A DNA stretch of 64,000 bases from Gammaproteobacteria bacterium. Lineage in GTDB: Bacteria; Pseudomonadota; Gammaproteobacteria; Steroidobacterales; Steroidobacteraceae. The translations under genes and the position numbers were made by a program. Below, one piece after another: positions 52,901 to 60,487 of this stretch (positions within the stretch are counted from its first letter, which is position 1; each line of letters begins with the position of its first letter). The stretch is taken from positions 8,425 through 72,424 of the forward strand of contig VGUJ01000004.1 of assembly GCA_016874235.1 (NCBI GenBank), written 5' to 3'. Below the pieces are notes generated by a model, which made no database searches, was not told the origin of the DNA, and saw only the letters and a program-made list of their open reading frames with translations.

Positions 52901-52949
52901 ATCCGTCCTCTGCCGCATACTCATGCGAGGGGAGCTGGTGTAGAGTGTG

Positions 52950-53146
52950 ATGGCGTCACCTGCGGTGTTCGACAGTGAATCGGGATACCTCTCGACCCTA
53001 AGTTTGAACGCCCAGGGGCATCAGGACTTGCTGTCAGCACTGTGCATGTCCGCCCTCGAGCGGAAAGCCTTACCTGACGTAGTCCGCCCCACTTGTTGCT
53101 CTGTGTCGAGAGCAACGGTTCGCACCGGCACAGGCGGGTGACGTCT
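52950..53146 (+). ncRNA. ssrS: 6S RNA
   Basis: Non-coding gap between zapA and the 5-formyl-THF cyclo-ligase gene, the canonical ssrS position. The ends pair (5' GGCGUCACCUGCGGUG with 3' CACCGGCACAGGCGGGUGACGUC; CUCUCGAC with GUCGAGAG), giving a long irregular helix around an internal bubble. A T-rich tract follows. Ends are good to about 10 nt. Confidence 0.8.
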
Positions 53147-53169
53147 TTCATTCTTGTCGGAGAGCCTTC

Positions 53170-53760
53170 GTGACCGACCGTCGTTCACTGCGCACCACCT
53201 TGCGCGCGGCGCGGGCGGGGCTCTCCCTCCTTGAGCGTCGCCACGCGGCGGAGCGCATTACCTCGCTCGTGGCGCAAAGTCATTGGCTCAAACCGGGTAT
53301 CCGGCTAGGGCTGTACGTCTCGGTCACCGAAGAAATCGATACCTCGCCGCTCATCGCTCTCGCCATGCATCGTAGCGCCGAGATCTTCCTGCCGCGCATC
53401 GAGAGCCATCGCGATCGGCGTATGACGTTCTCGCCACCGGGTCCGCGCCGACGATACAACCGCTACGGCATCGCCGAGCCCGACACCACCTTGCGCATGT
53501 CCGCCTCGGCCTTACAGATCATCTTCATACCGCTCGTCGGGTTCGATACGCGGGGCAATCGTCTCGGCATGGGAGCCGGATTCTATGACCGGGCGCTCGC
53601 CTTCCGCCGTCATCGCACCCATTGGCTTGGGCCTCGCCTGATTGGTATCGCGCACTCTTGCCAGCAGGTCGATGCCATCGATCCGACACCCACAGACATC
53701 CCGCTCGATGCCGTCGTGACGGAACGCGGGATCCACGTTTTTCGCGGAGAAAATCGATGA
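53170..53760 (+). CDS. ygfA: 5-formyltetrahydrofolate cyclo-ligase
   Basis: 196 aa with a GTG start after GGAGAG. PLVGFDTRGNRLGMGAGFYDR motif. Confidence 0.9.
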   Translation: MTDRRSLRTTLRAARAGLSLLERRHAAERITSLVAQSHWLKPGIRLGLYVSVTEEIDTSPLIALAMHRSAEIFLPRIESHRDRRMTFSPPGPRRRYNRYGIAEPDTTLRMSASALQIIFIPLVGFDTRGNRLGMGAGFYDRALAFRRHRTHWLGPRLIGIAHSCQQVDAIDPTPTDIPLDAVVTERGIHVFRGENR

Positions 53761-54227
53761 ATTATTGGTTGATGAAAACCGAACCCTCGACCTTCAGCAT
53801 CGACGATCTCGCCAAGGCACCCAAGCGCACCACCTGCTGGGATGGGGTTCGCAATTACCAGGTGCGCAACATGATGCGTGACCAGTTCGCGGTCGGCGAC
53901 CTCGCTTTCATGTACCACTCGAGTTGCGAGGTGCCGGGTATCGTCGGCGTGATGAAGGTCGTGCGCACGGGTTACCCCGACACCACCGCATTCGATCGGA
54001 AGCATGCACACTACGATCCGGACTCCAACCCTGAGGAGCCGCGTTGGTACATGGTCGACGTACGTCTTGAGCAGCGTTTTTCCCGGGCGATTTCACTCGA
54101 TGAACTTCGGACACATGCGAACCAAAAGTTACGTGAGTTGCTGATACTCAAACGTGGTAATCGACTTTCGATCACGCCGGTGAGTGCTGCGGAGTGGCGA
54201 TTCATTTGTGCGCTTGCGGCGTCTTGA
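53757..54227 (+). CDS. EVE (PUA-like) domain protein
   Basis: Trimmed to the ATG at 53757. MNYWLMKTEPSTFSIDDL...WDGVRNYQVRNMMRD... is typical EVE. ATGA overlap with the 5-FCL stop. Confidence 0.88.
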   Translation: MNYWLMKTEPSTFSIDDLAKAPKRTTCWDGVRNYQVRNMMRDQFAVGDLAFMYHSSCEVPGIVGVMKVVRTGYPDTTAFDRKHAHYDPDSNPEEPRWYMVDVRLEQRFSRAISLDELRTHANQKLRELLILKRGNRLSITPVSAAEWRFICALAAS

Positions 54228-54246
54228 GGAGTTCTGCAAGACCCCC

Positions 54247-54278
54247 TTGCTTGTTTTTTACAATCGCGTGTATATACT
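54247..54278 (+). promoter_or_regulatory. Candidate sigma70 promoter of the Lys/Ala micro-ORF (and possibly rpiA)
   Basis: TTGCTT (54247-52), 18 nt, TATATA (54271-76). Alternatively TTGTTT (54251-56), 16 nt, TATACT (54273-78). Located in a locally AT-rich spacer. Confidence 0.45.
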
Positions 54279-54312
54279 CAACCGCGGACTAACCCGTAAC
54301 TGGAGAAAAATC

Positions 54313-54375
54313 ATGGCTAAGGCCAAGAAGAAAGCGAAAGCTAAGGCTAAGAAGAAAGCCGCCAAGAAGAAGTAA
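54313..54375 (+). CDS. 20-codon Lys/Ala micro-ORF (MAKAKKKAKAKAKKKAAKKK): candidate micropeptide or leader peptide
   Basis: GGAG (54302-05) lies 7 nt before the ATG, with a promoter upstream and hairpins plus a terminator downstream. Only the last 20 codons of track ORF 54184..54375 are supported. Low complexity prevents any homology call. Confidence 0.45.
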   Translation: MAKAKKKAKAKAKKKAAKKK

Positions 54376-54437
54376 GATCTTTATGATCTTTGGCGGGTGA
54401 GGATGAAAATCCCGCCCGCCTCTTCTTGATAAAACGA

Positions 54438-54467
54438 GGATGCCCGCGAAAGCGGGCATCTTCATTT
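54438..54467 (+). terminator. Intrinsic terminator between the micro-ORF and rpiA
   Basis: GGATGCCCGC-GAAA-GCGGGCATC followed by TTCATTT. It lies 42 nt upstream of the rpiA ATG. Confidence 0.75.
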
Positions 54468-54508
54468 CAGGACCCTGAAAACACTTGTTTTTCTGCGGAG
54501 AACGCCCG

Positions 54509-55168
54509 ATGAACGAAGCAGTGAACGGAAAGCTCGCCGCAGCGCGTGCGGCGCTGCAGTACCTCGAAGACGACATGATCATCGGTGTCGGTACCGGCTC
54601 GACGGTCAACCTCTTCATCGACGAACTTGTCGCTCGACGCGATCGGGTCCGGGGGGCCGTATCGAGTTCGGAAGCCTCCACTGCGAGGCTACGGGCGGCG
54701 GGTATCGAGGTCCTCGAGCTCAATCGGACCGGGGATCTTCCTCTTTATGTGGACGGCGCCGACGAGACCGACGGCCATCGACGACTCATCAAGGGTGGGG
54801 GTGCTGCGCTCACCCGCGAGAAGATCGTCGCGGCGGCCTCGCGAAAGTTTGTATGCATCGTCGATGAATCGAAGGTCGTCGACGTACTCGGTCGGTTTCC
54901 CCTTCCCGTCGAGGTGATTCCGATGGCGCGGTCCTACGTCGCACGCCAACTCGTGAAGCTCGGGGGTCAGCCGGTCTGGCGCGAACATGTCACGACGGAC
55001 AACGGCAATCAGATTCTCGACGTACACGGTTTGCGCATTCTCGATCCGCCGGCGCTCGAGACCGCCATAAACGGAATCGTGGGTGTCGTAACCTGCGGAT
55101 TGTTCGCGCATCGGCCCGCCGATGTGGTGCTGATCGGCAGTTCGTCCGGGGTACGCAAACTCGGTTGA
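54509..55168 (+). CDS. rpiA: Ribose-5-phosphate isomerase A
   Basis: Trimmed to the ATG at 54509 (GGAG 8 nt upstream). [17 protein letters not shown] and [11 protein letters not shown] motifs. Confidence 0.95.
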   Translation: MNEAVNGKLAAARAALQYLEDDMIIGVGTGSTVNLFIDELVARRDRVRGAVSSSEASTARLRAAGIEVLELNRTGDLPLYVDGADETDGHRRLIKGGGAALTREKIVAAASRKFVCIVDESKVVDVLGRFPLPVEVIPMARSYVARQLVKLGGQPVWREHVTTDNGNQILDVHGLRILDPPALETAINGIVGVVTCGLFAHRPADVVLIGSSSGVRKLG

Positions 55169-55170
55169 CC

Positions 55171-55210
55171 GAAAACAAGAAGGCCCGCATCGCTGCGGGC
55201 CTTTTTGTTT
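55171..55210. terminator. Bidirectional intrinsic terminator (rpiA on +; rplM-rpsI-tRNA-Gln on -)
   Basis: The AAGGCCCGC-ATCGCT-GCGGGCCTT stem is flanked by GAAAACAAGAA upstream and TTTTGTTTT downstream, so a U-tract follows the hairpin on both strands. Confidence 0.75.
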
Positions 55211-55284
55211 TGGCTGGGGGACTAGGATTCGAACCTAGGTAAACGGAGTCAGAGTCCGTTGTCCTACCGCTAGACGATCCCCCA
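55211..55284 (-). tRNA. tRNA-Gln (anticodon CUG)
   Basis: The minus strand reads UGGGGGAUCGUCUAGCGGUAGGACAACGGACUCUGACUCCGUUUACCUAGGUUCGAAUCCUAGUCCCCCAGCCA. Full cloverleaf checked by hand: U1-A72, G73 discriminator, encoded CCA, anticodon loop CU-CUG-AC. Confidence 0.93.
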
Positions 55285-55325
55285 AAAACCGGTGGCCGCG
55301 ACGGCAGTCCGTGATGAGCAATATA

Positions 55326-55715
55326 TCAGCGCTTGGAGTACTGCGGGCCGCGACGTGCCTTACGACGACCCACCTTCTTACGCTCGACTTCGCGGGCATC
55401 GCGGGTGACGAACCCGGCGGCGCGCAGGGGGCTACGAAGGGTTTCGTCGTACTCGATCAGCGCGCGGGTGATGCCGTGACGGATCGCACCGGCCTGGCCG
55501 GTGATGCCACCGCCAGCGACCGTCACGTCGACGTCGAATCGGCCGATCAGACCGGTGAGCTCAAGCGGTTGGCGAACGATCATTCGACCCGTTTCGCGAC
55601 CGAAGAACGTCTCGATCGAACGATCGTTGATCGTGATCTTGCCGGAACCGGGCTTCAGGAACACACGGGCGGTGGAGGTCTTGCGCCGGCCGGTGCCGTA
55701 ATTGGTGGAAGGCAT
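55326..55715 (-). CDS. rpsI: 30S ribosomal protein S9
   Basis: 129 aa; [12 protein letters not shown]...ends RRGPQYSKR. Confidence 0.98.
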   Translation of the reverse strand: MPSTNYGTGRRKTSTARVFLKPGSGKITINDRSIETFFGRETGRMIVRQPLELTGLIGRFDVDVTVAGGGITGQAGAIRHGITRALIEYDETLRSPLRAAGFVTRDAREVERKKVGRRKARRGPQYSKR

Positions 55716-55742
55716 CTTTGAAGGTCCTGGGGGATCGATCGA

Positions 55743-56171
55743 TTAAATGTTGAGGGGCTTCGGCTGCTGCGCCGAGTGCGGGTGCTTGTCGCCCGCGAAC
55801 ACATGCAACTTGCGGAACATGCTACGGCCGAGAATCGTCTTCGGCAGCATGCCCTTCACCGCGATCTGCAGCACGCGCTCCGGATGCTCTTTAAGGAGCT
55901 TCTCGAGGGCGATCGACTTGATGCCGCCGATGGCGCCGGTGTGGTGGTAGTAAATCTTGTCGGTCATCTTCGCGCCCGTGACACGGACCTGCTCGGCATT
56001 GACCACGATGATGTGGTCGCCCATATCGACGTGCGGGCTGTAGTCGGCCTTGTGCTTGCCCTTGAGGCGCAACGCAATTTCCGAGGCGAGACGACCCAAG
56101 GTTTTGCCCTTGGCGTCAACGAGATACCAGTCGCCGCGAACAGTCGCGGCCTTCGCAAAAACAGTGCTCAT
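55743..56171 (-). CDS. rplM: 50S ribosomal protein L13
   Basis: Trimmed to the ATG at 56171 ([30 protein letters not shown]). 142 aa. Confidence 0.98.
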   Translation of the reverse strand: MSTVFAKAATVRGDWYLVDAKGKTLGRLASEIALRLKGKHKADYSPHVDMGDHIIVVNAEQVRVTGAKMTDKIYYHHTGAIGGIKSIALEKLLKEHPERVLQIAVKGMLPKTILGRSMFRKLHVFAGDKHPHSAQQPKPLNI

Positions 56172-56241
56172 CTGAGGTCTCCGGCTGCGGCTAACCTGGT
56201 CTCCCAAGGAGGGGTTCCGCCAGTCCCTAAAAGGGCGCGAG

Positions 56242-56270
56242 AGTGTACTTAAGCCGACCCCGCTTTGCAA
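56242..56270 (-). promoter_or_regulatory. Candidate sigma70 promoter of rplM-rpsI
   Basis: Minus strand: TTGCAA (56270-65), a 17-nt spacer, TACACT (56247-42). It lies about 65 nt upstream of the rplM ATG. Confidence 0.45.
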
Positions 56271-56432
56271 AACCCCCCTTCCCGCCTTTCGCCCCGAGCT
56301 TCAGGGAAGCCCCCCGGCGCCGATACCCCGGGTATGACCAGGCACCCCGCCCAGACCCGTCTCGCAAGAATCACCCGCTTGGGGTGGAAAGACCCTCAAG
56401 TTAGGGCCCGGGAGGCTGTAATAATATGTGCC

Positions 56433-57080
56433 ATGAGTACTGATACCCCCCTTGACCACCTCCTCGTCAGCGTCGACCGCGCCCTGCGGTCTGTGTTTGC
56501 GACTCCGACGGCGGCTCGGCCCATCCCCAGGCCAGCCGGCGCGACGGTCGCCAACGATTCGGCGCTTAGCGAGACGGAGCGTCGCGAGGCGGCCAATCTC
56601 ATGCGCGTCAACCACGCCGGCGAAGTCGCCGCCCAAGCCCTCTACCACGGGCAGGCGGTCTTCGCGCGGCGACCAGAGGTCCGCGACATGCTGCTTCGGG
56701 CCGCTCGCGAAGAAGCCGACCACTTGGCCTGGTGCGACCAGCGCCTGCGCGAACTCGGTTCGCGACCGAGTGTACTCGGCCCGCTCTGGTATGCCGGATC
56801 GTTCGCCATCGGAGCCGCTGCGGCGGTCGTGGGCGATTCGGTCAGCCTCGGTTTCGTCAGCGAAACCGAGAAGCAGGTGGAAGGCCACATCGACTCGCAT
56901 CTCGACAAACTGCCGGCAAGCGATGATCGCAGTCGCGCCGTGCTCGAGCAGATGCGCGCCGATGAAGTTGCACACGGTGCCGCGGCGCGAGACGCCGGCG
57001 GTGTCGATCTTCCACCTCCCGTGAAATCAGCGATGCACGCCACGGCGCGCGTCATGACGACGACCAGTTACTGGATCTGA
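56433..57080 (+). CDS. coq7: Demethoxyubiquinone hydroxylase, di-iron Coq7 type
   Basis: Trimmed to the ATG at 56433. 215 aa with di-iron carboxylate motifs ([35 protein letters not shown]). Confidence 0.9.
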   Translation: MSTDTPLDHLLVSVDRALRSVFATPTAARPIPRPAGATVANDSALSETERREAANLMRVNHAGEVAAQALYHGQAVFARRPEVRDMLLRAAREEADHLAWCDQRLRELGSRPSVLGPLWYAGSFAIGAAAAVVGDSVSLGFVSETEKQVEGHIDSHLDKLPASDDRSRAVLEQMRADEVAHGAAARDAGGVDLPPPVKSAMHATARVMTTTSYWI

Positions 57081-57101
57081 TTCACGAGAGAGGTTGCCTC
57101 G

Positions 57102-57827
57102 ATGAACTCACCTAACATGAAGCCACGTGTCGCTCACTCGCCGATGCAACGCTTCCTCGAGCAGTGTCCTCGGCGTGTGGTGCCTTCGCGCACCCTGCTG
57201 GTCCGCTCAGGCGAGGCGCCGGATGCGTTGTTCTATGTGCTTGCCGGATCGGTCGAAGTTCTGATCGAGGACGAACACGGCAAGGAACTGGTGCTCGCCT
57301 ATCTCGGCAAGGGTGAATTCTTTGGTGAGATGGGCTTACTCGAGGCCACGCCCGGTCGGGGCGCCTATGTGCGAGCCCGCGGTCGCACCGAGATTGCCGA
57401 GATGGCGTACTCGCGCTTCCGTCAGGTGGCCGCATCTGATCCCGTGCTCGCCCTCGAACTCGCGGCGCAACTGGCGGCACGACTCGAACGCGCCACCCGC
57501 AAATTGCGCGACCTCGCGTTTATCGACGTCAGTGGTCGCATCCTTCAAGCACTCGGCGAACTGTGCGAACAGCCCGATGCGCTGACGCATCCGGAAGGCA
57601 TGCAGATCCGCGTCTCGCGCCAAGAACTCGCGCGTCTCGTCGGCTGCTCTCGTGAAATGGCCGGGCGTGTGCTGCGCACGCTCGAAGAGCAAGGCACCTT
57701 GCGTGCCCGCGGGAAGACCGTGGTAATGCTCGGCGTGCGTCCGGCCCGACTACTCGCCGCGCAGGCGGGTGCTCAGCCAGTAGCGGCTTCGATGGCGCCG
57801 CGCATGGCTCGCACCGTCGCGGCGTAG
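57102..57827 (+). CDS. Crp/Fnr-family (CRP/Vfr/Clp-like) transcriptional regulator with a C-terminal extension
   Basis: cNMP-binding domain ([10 protein letters not shown]) and HTH ([27 protein letters not shown]). About 28 extra residues follow the usual ...[10 protein letters not shown] end. Confidence 0.9.
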   Translation: MNSPNMKPRVAHSPMQRFLEQCPRRVVPSRTLLVRSGEAPDALFYVLAGSVEVLIEDEHGKELVLAYLGKGEFFGEMGLLEATPGRGAYVRARGRTEIAEMAYSRFRQVAASDPVLALELAAQLAARLERATRKLRDLAFIDVSGRILQALGELCEQPDALTHPEGMQIRVSRQELARLVGCSREMAGRVLRTLEEQGTLRARGKTVVMLGVRPARLLAAQAGAQPVAASMAPRMARTVAA

Positions 57828-58459
57828 TCGGCGCTGCCGAAGATCGCGGAGCCAGCCACGAAGGTGTCGGCTCCTGCGGCGGCCACGGCGCCGATGTTGT
57901 CGGCCTTGATGCCGCCGTCGACCTCGAGGCGAATGTCGCGTCCCGACGCGTCGATGCGACGGCGTACCTCGCGAATCTTTGACAACGTCGCCGGGATGAA
58001 CTGCTGACCGCCGAAGCCCGGATTCACCGACATCAGCAACACCATGTCGATTTTTTCGAGCGTGTGGTCGAGCCAGTCGAGCGGCGTCGCCGGATTAAAC
58101 ACGAGTCCAGGTTTACAGCCCTGCTCACGGATGAGCGCGATCGTGCGATCGACATGCTCGCTCGCCTCAGGATGGAAGGTGATCCAGCTGGCGCCGGCGC
58201 GTGCGAAATCGGGAACGAGTCGATCGACCGGACGCACCATGAGATGCACATCGATCGGTGCTTTCACGCCATGCTTGCGTAGCGCCTCGCACACGAGCGG
58301 GCCGATGGTGAGATTCGGGACGTAGTGGTTGTCCATCACGTCGAAGTGGATGAGGTCGGCCCCTGCGGCCAGTACGGCATCGACCTCGGCACCGAGGCGG
58401 GCGAAGTCCGCGGAGAGAATGGAGGGCGCGATCCAGGCCGCGCGACGACGATCAGTCAC
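57773..58459 (-). CDS. rpe: Ribulose-phosphate 3-epimerase
   Basis: 228 aa; [33 protein letters not shown] and VDGGI motifs. GTG start overlapping the djlA stop. Confidence 0.96.
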   Translation of the reverse strand: MTDRRRAAWIAPSILSADFARLGAEVDAVLAAGADLIHFDVMDNHYVPNLTIGPLVCEALRKHGVKAPIDVHLMVRPVDRLVPDFARAGASWITFHPEASEHVDRTIALIREQGCKPGLVFNPATPLDWLDHTLEKIDMVLLMSVNPGFGGQQFIPATLSKIREVRRRIDASGRDIRLEVDGGIKADNIGAVAAAGADTFVAGSAIFGSADYAATVRAMRGAIEAATG

Positions 58460-59535
58460 TTTTTTTCTCCTTGGGACTCGCGAATCAAGTTGAACGCCTC
58501 AATGATGAGCTGAGTCTGTTGCTGAGCAAAGTTCAGCATCGACTCTGGCAGACCATTGGCCTTCAGCTTATCCGGATGATGGCGAGAAAGCTGCCTGCGA
58601 TACGCGCGGGTGATCTCCGCCATGGCTTCTCCAGGCAGCACTCCGAGTACCTGATAGGCCTCCTGCAGCGTCATTCGCGCCACCGAAGGCGGCATCCGCG
58701 CACGCGATCCCGATTGCTCGGAACGCCTCGAGCTCGCCCGCTCACGGTCTGCAGAGCCGGGCTGACGAACGGTCGGCTCGGCCTCCGCGGCACCCTCGGC
58801 GGGACGATTCCAATCGGCCGCCTCACCCCGATTGCCTCGCGCACGATGACGAATACGAAGCACCGTCTCGATCTGCGCGAACTCGAGCCCGCCGACACCC
58901 AACATCGCCGCAATGTGATTGAGCAGTGGCCGCGCAGGCCCTTGAAGATCACTGCCCCCGATGGAGGCGCGAATCTGAATCTCGAGGAACGTGCGCAGTA
59001 AGTCGGGGCGCCCGGCGCAGACACGACGCAGTGCCATCACCGCACGCTCCTCGTCGTACTCCGTGAGCTTCCCCGCGTTGAAGTGCGCAATCGCATGCGC
59101 CACCTGCAGATCATCGAGTGCGAAGTCCTTCATCACGGCACGTGCGGCACGGATGTCGCTTTCGGAGACACGACCATCGCACTTGGCGACTTTGCCCATC
59201 ACCTCGAAGGTGCTCTGAAAGAACTGGGAAGACACCGCTTTTGGGTCTTCGACCGAGGGGCCTTCGTCCGTATCGGTCGTCGTCTCGCTACCCGCCGCGA
59301 ACGGATCGGTATCTTCGACGTGATGGATCTGGCTTGTCCGTTCTTGACGCGTGTCTGAGGCGTTCGATGACGGCGATTTAGGCTTCGCGGCCGAGCTGGG
59401 CTCGGGAGGACGAGGCGCGGCGCTGCCGAGACGGTCGTCGACGAGATGGCCCGCGAGCACACCAAGCGCCGCACCCACGGGCCCAGCCACCAGCAGACCC
59501 AAGGCACCGCCTACGAGTTTCCCGCCCCACTCCAT
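58456..59535 (-). CDS. djlA: Co-chaperone DjlA (membrane-anchored J-domain protein)
   Basis: N-terminal Gly-rich TM segment, TerB-like domain, long low-complexity linker, and a C-terminal J domain ([14 protein letters not shown]). Confidence 0.85.
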   Translation of the reverse strand: MEWGGKLVGGALGLLVAGPVGAALGVLAGHLVDDRLGSAAPRPPEPSSAAKPKSPSSNASDTRQERTSQIHHVEDTDPFAAGSETTTDTDEGPSVEDPKAVSSQFFQSTFEVMGKVAKCDGRVSESDIRAARAVMKDFALDDLQVAHAIAHFNAGKLTEYDEERAVMALRRVCAGRPDLLRTFLEIQIRASIGGSDLQGPARPLLNHIAAMLGVGGLEFAQIETVLRIRHRARGNRGEAADWNRPAEGAAEAEPTVRQPGSADRERASSRRSEQSGSRARMPPSVARMTLQEAYQVLGVLPGEAMAEITRAYRRQLSRHHPDKLKANGLPESMLNFAQQQTQLIIEAFNLIRESQGEKK

Positions 59536-59587
59536 GCTGCAATACTAGCAACCCCCGGCAGTCGGCCGGAAACAGCGAGAATCCGAA

Positions 59588-60487
59588 GTGAACGAGATCC
59601 GGACGGTGCACACCACGGCCCTGAGGCATCTGCGCCGCCTGCATACGGGCAAGGTGCGCGATATCTATGAAATCGATGCCGGCCATATGCTCATCGTCAC
59701 CACCGACCGACTCTCGGCATTTGACGTGGTGCTGCCCGACCCGATCCCGCAGAAGGGGCACGTGCTCACCGAGATCTCGGAGTTCTGGTTTCGGCACACC
59801 ACGAGCATCGTCCCCAATCAACTGACGACCGTGAGTCTCGATACGCTACCCCTCGATCCGGACGAGCGCGCCATGCTCGAGGGTCGCGCGATTATCGTGA
59901 AGCGATTGAAGGCCCTGCCGATCGAGGCCGTGGTTCGCGGCTATCTCATCGGCTCGGGCTGGAAGGACTATCAGCGTTCGGGCGCGGTCTGCGGCATCGC
60001 GCTGCCCAAGGGACTGCAACTGGCCGAGCGTCTGCCCCAGCCGCTCTTCACGCCGGCAAGCAAGGCGCCTGCTGGGCAACACGACGAGAACATCTGCTTC
60101 GCCGATGTCGAAGCGCTCGTCGGTCCGACGCTCGCTGCACAGGTGCGCGATACCTCGCTCGCGCTCTACGACTTTGCCGCGGCGCATGCACGCGAGCGCG
60201 GCATCCTCATCGCCGATACGAAATTCGAGTTTGGTGTCGATGACGCCGGTCGACTCGTGCTCATCGACGAAGTGCTCACGCCCGACTCGTCGCGCTTCTG
60301 GCCTGCTGATACGTATCGCGTGGGTATCAGTCCGCCCTCTTTCGACAAACAATTCGTACGCGATTATCTCGAGACTCTCGACTGGGACAAAAAAGCACCC
60401 GGGCCGAGCCTGCCGCCCGAGATCATCACCAAGACGAGCGAGAAATATCGCGAAGCGCTGTCGCGCCTCACTGGCCCGCGATCGTAA
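59588..60487 (+). CDS. purC: Phosphoribosylaminoimidazole-succinocarboxamide synthase (long form)
   Basis: 299 aa with a GTG start. [24 protein letters not shown] and [11 protein letters not shown] motifs. Confidence 0.95.
   Translation: MNEIRTVHTTALRHLRRLHTGKVRDIYEIDAGHMLIVTTDRLSAFDVVLPDPIPQKGHVLTEISEFWFRHTTSIVPNQLTTVSLDTLPLDPDERAMLEGRAIIVKRLKALPIEAVVRGYLIGSGWKDYQRSGAVCGIALPKGLQLAERLPQPLFTPASKAPAGQHDENICFADVEALVGPTLAAQVRDTSLALYDFAAAHARERGILIADTKFEFGVDDAGRLVLIDEVLTPDSSRFWPADTYRVGISPPSFDKQFVRDYLETLDWDKKAPGPSLPPEIITKTSEKYREALSRLTGPRS

Noticed and set aside
52921-53151. Two small ORFs (64 aa on +, 76 aa on -) between zapA and the cyclo-ligase gene
   Set aside because: The interval folds as 6S RNA and sits at the canonical ssrS position. 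Neither ORF has an SD or a plausible protein composition.
54184-54312. Upstream 43 codons of the 63-aa track ORF that ends with the Lys/Ala peptide
   Set aside because: This part overlaps the EVE gene 3' end and contains the promoter hexamers. Only the internal ATG 54313 has an SD at the correct spacing.
54289-54723. 144-aa minus-strand ORF across the micro-ORF and the rpiA 5' end
   Set aside because: It is antisense to rpiA, which has strong motifs, and it runs through the terminator hairpins. No SD, Ser/Arg-rich.
56419-56432. TAATAA/TAATAT -10-like hexamers 5-8 nt before the coq7 ATG (a second possible leaderless gene)
   Set aside because: The best -35 candidate (TTAGGG at 56401-06) has a 12-15-nt spacer. 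This evidence is much weaker than at the zapB-like gene, so it is recorded only as a note.
58700-59400. Long Ser/Pro/Ala/Arg/Glu-rich low-complexity stretches in DjlA, considered as a possible repeat insertion or fusion
   Set aside because: There are no exact nucleotide repeats. DjlA proteins commonly have variable linkers between the TerB-like domain and the J domain, and the frame is continuous with intact TM and J domains.
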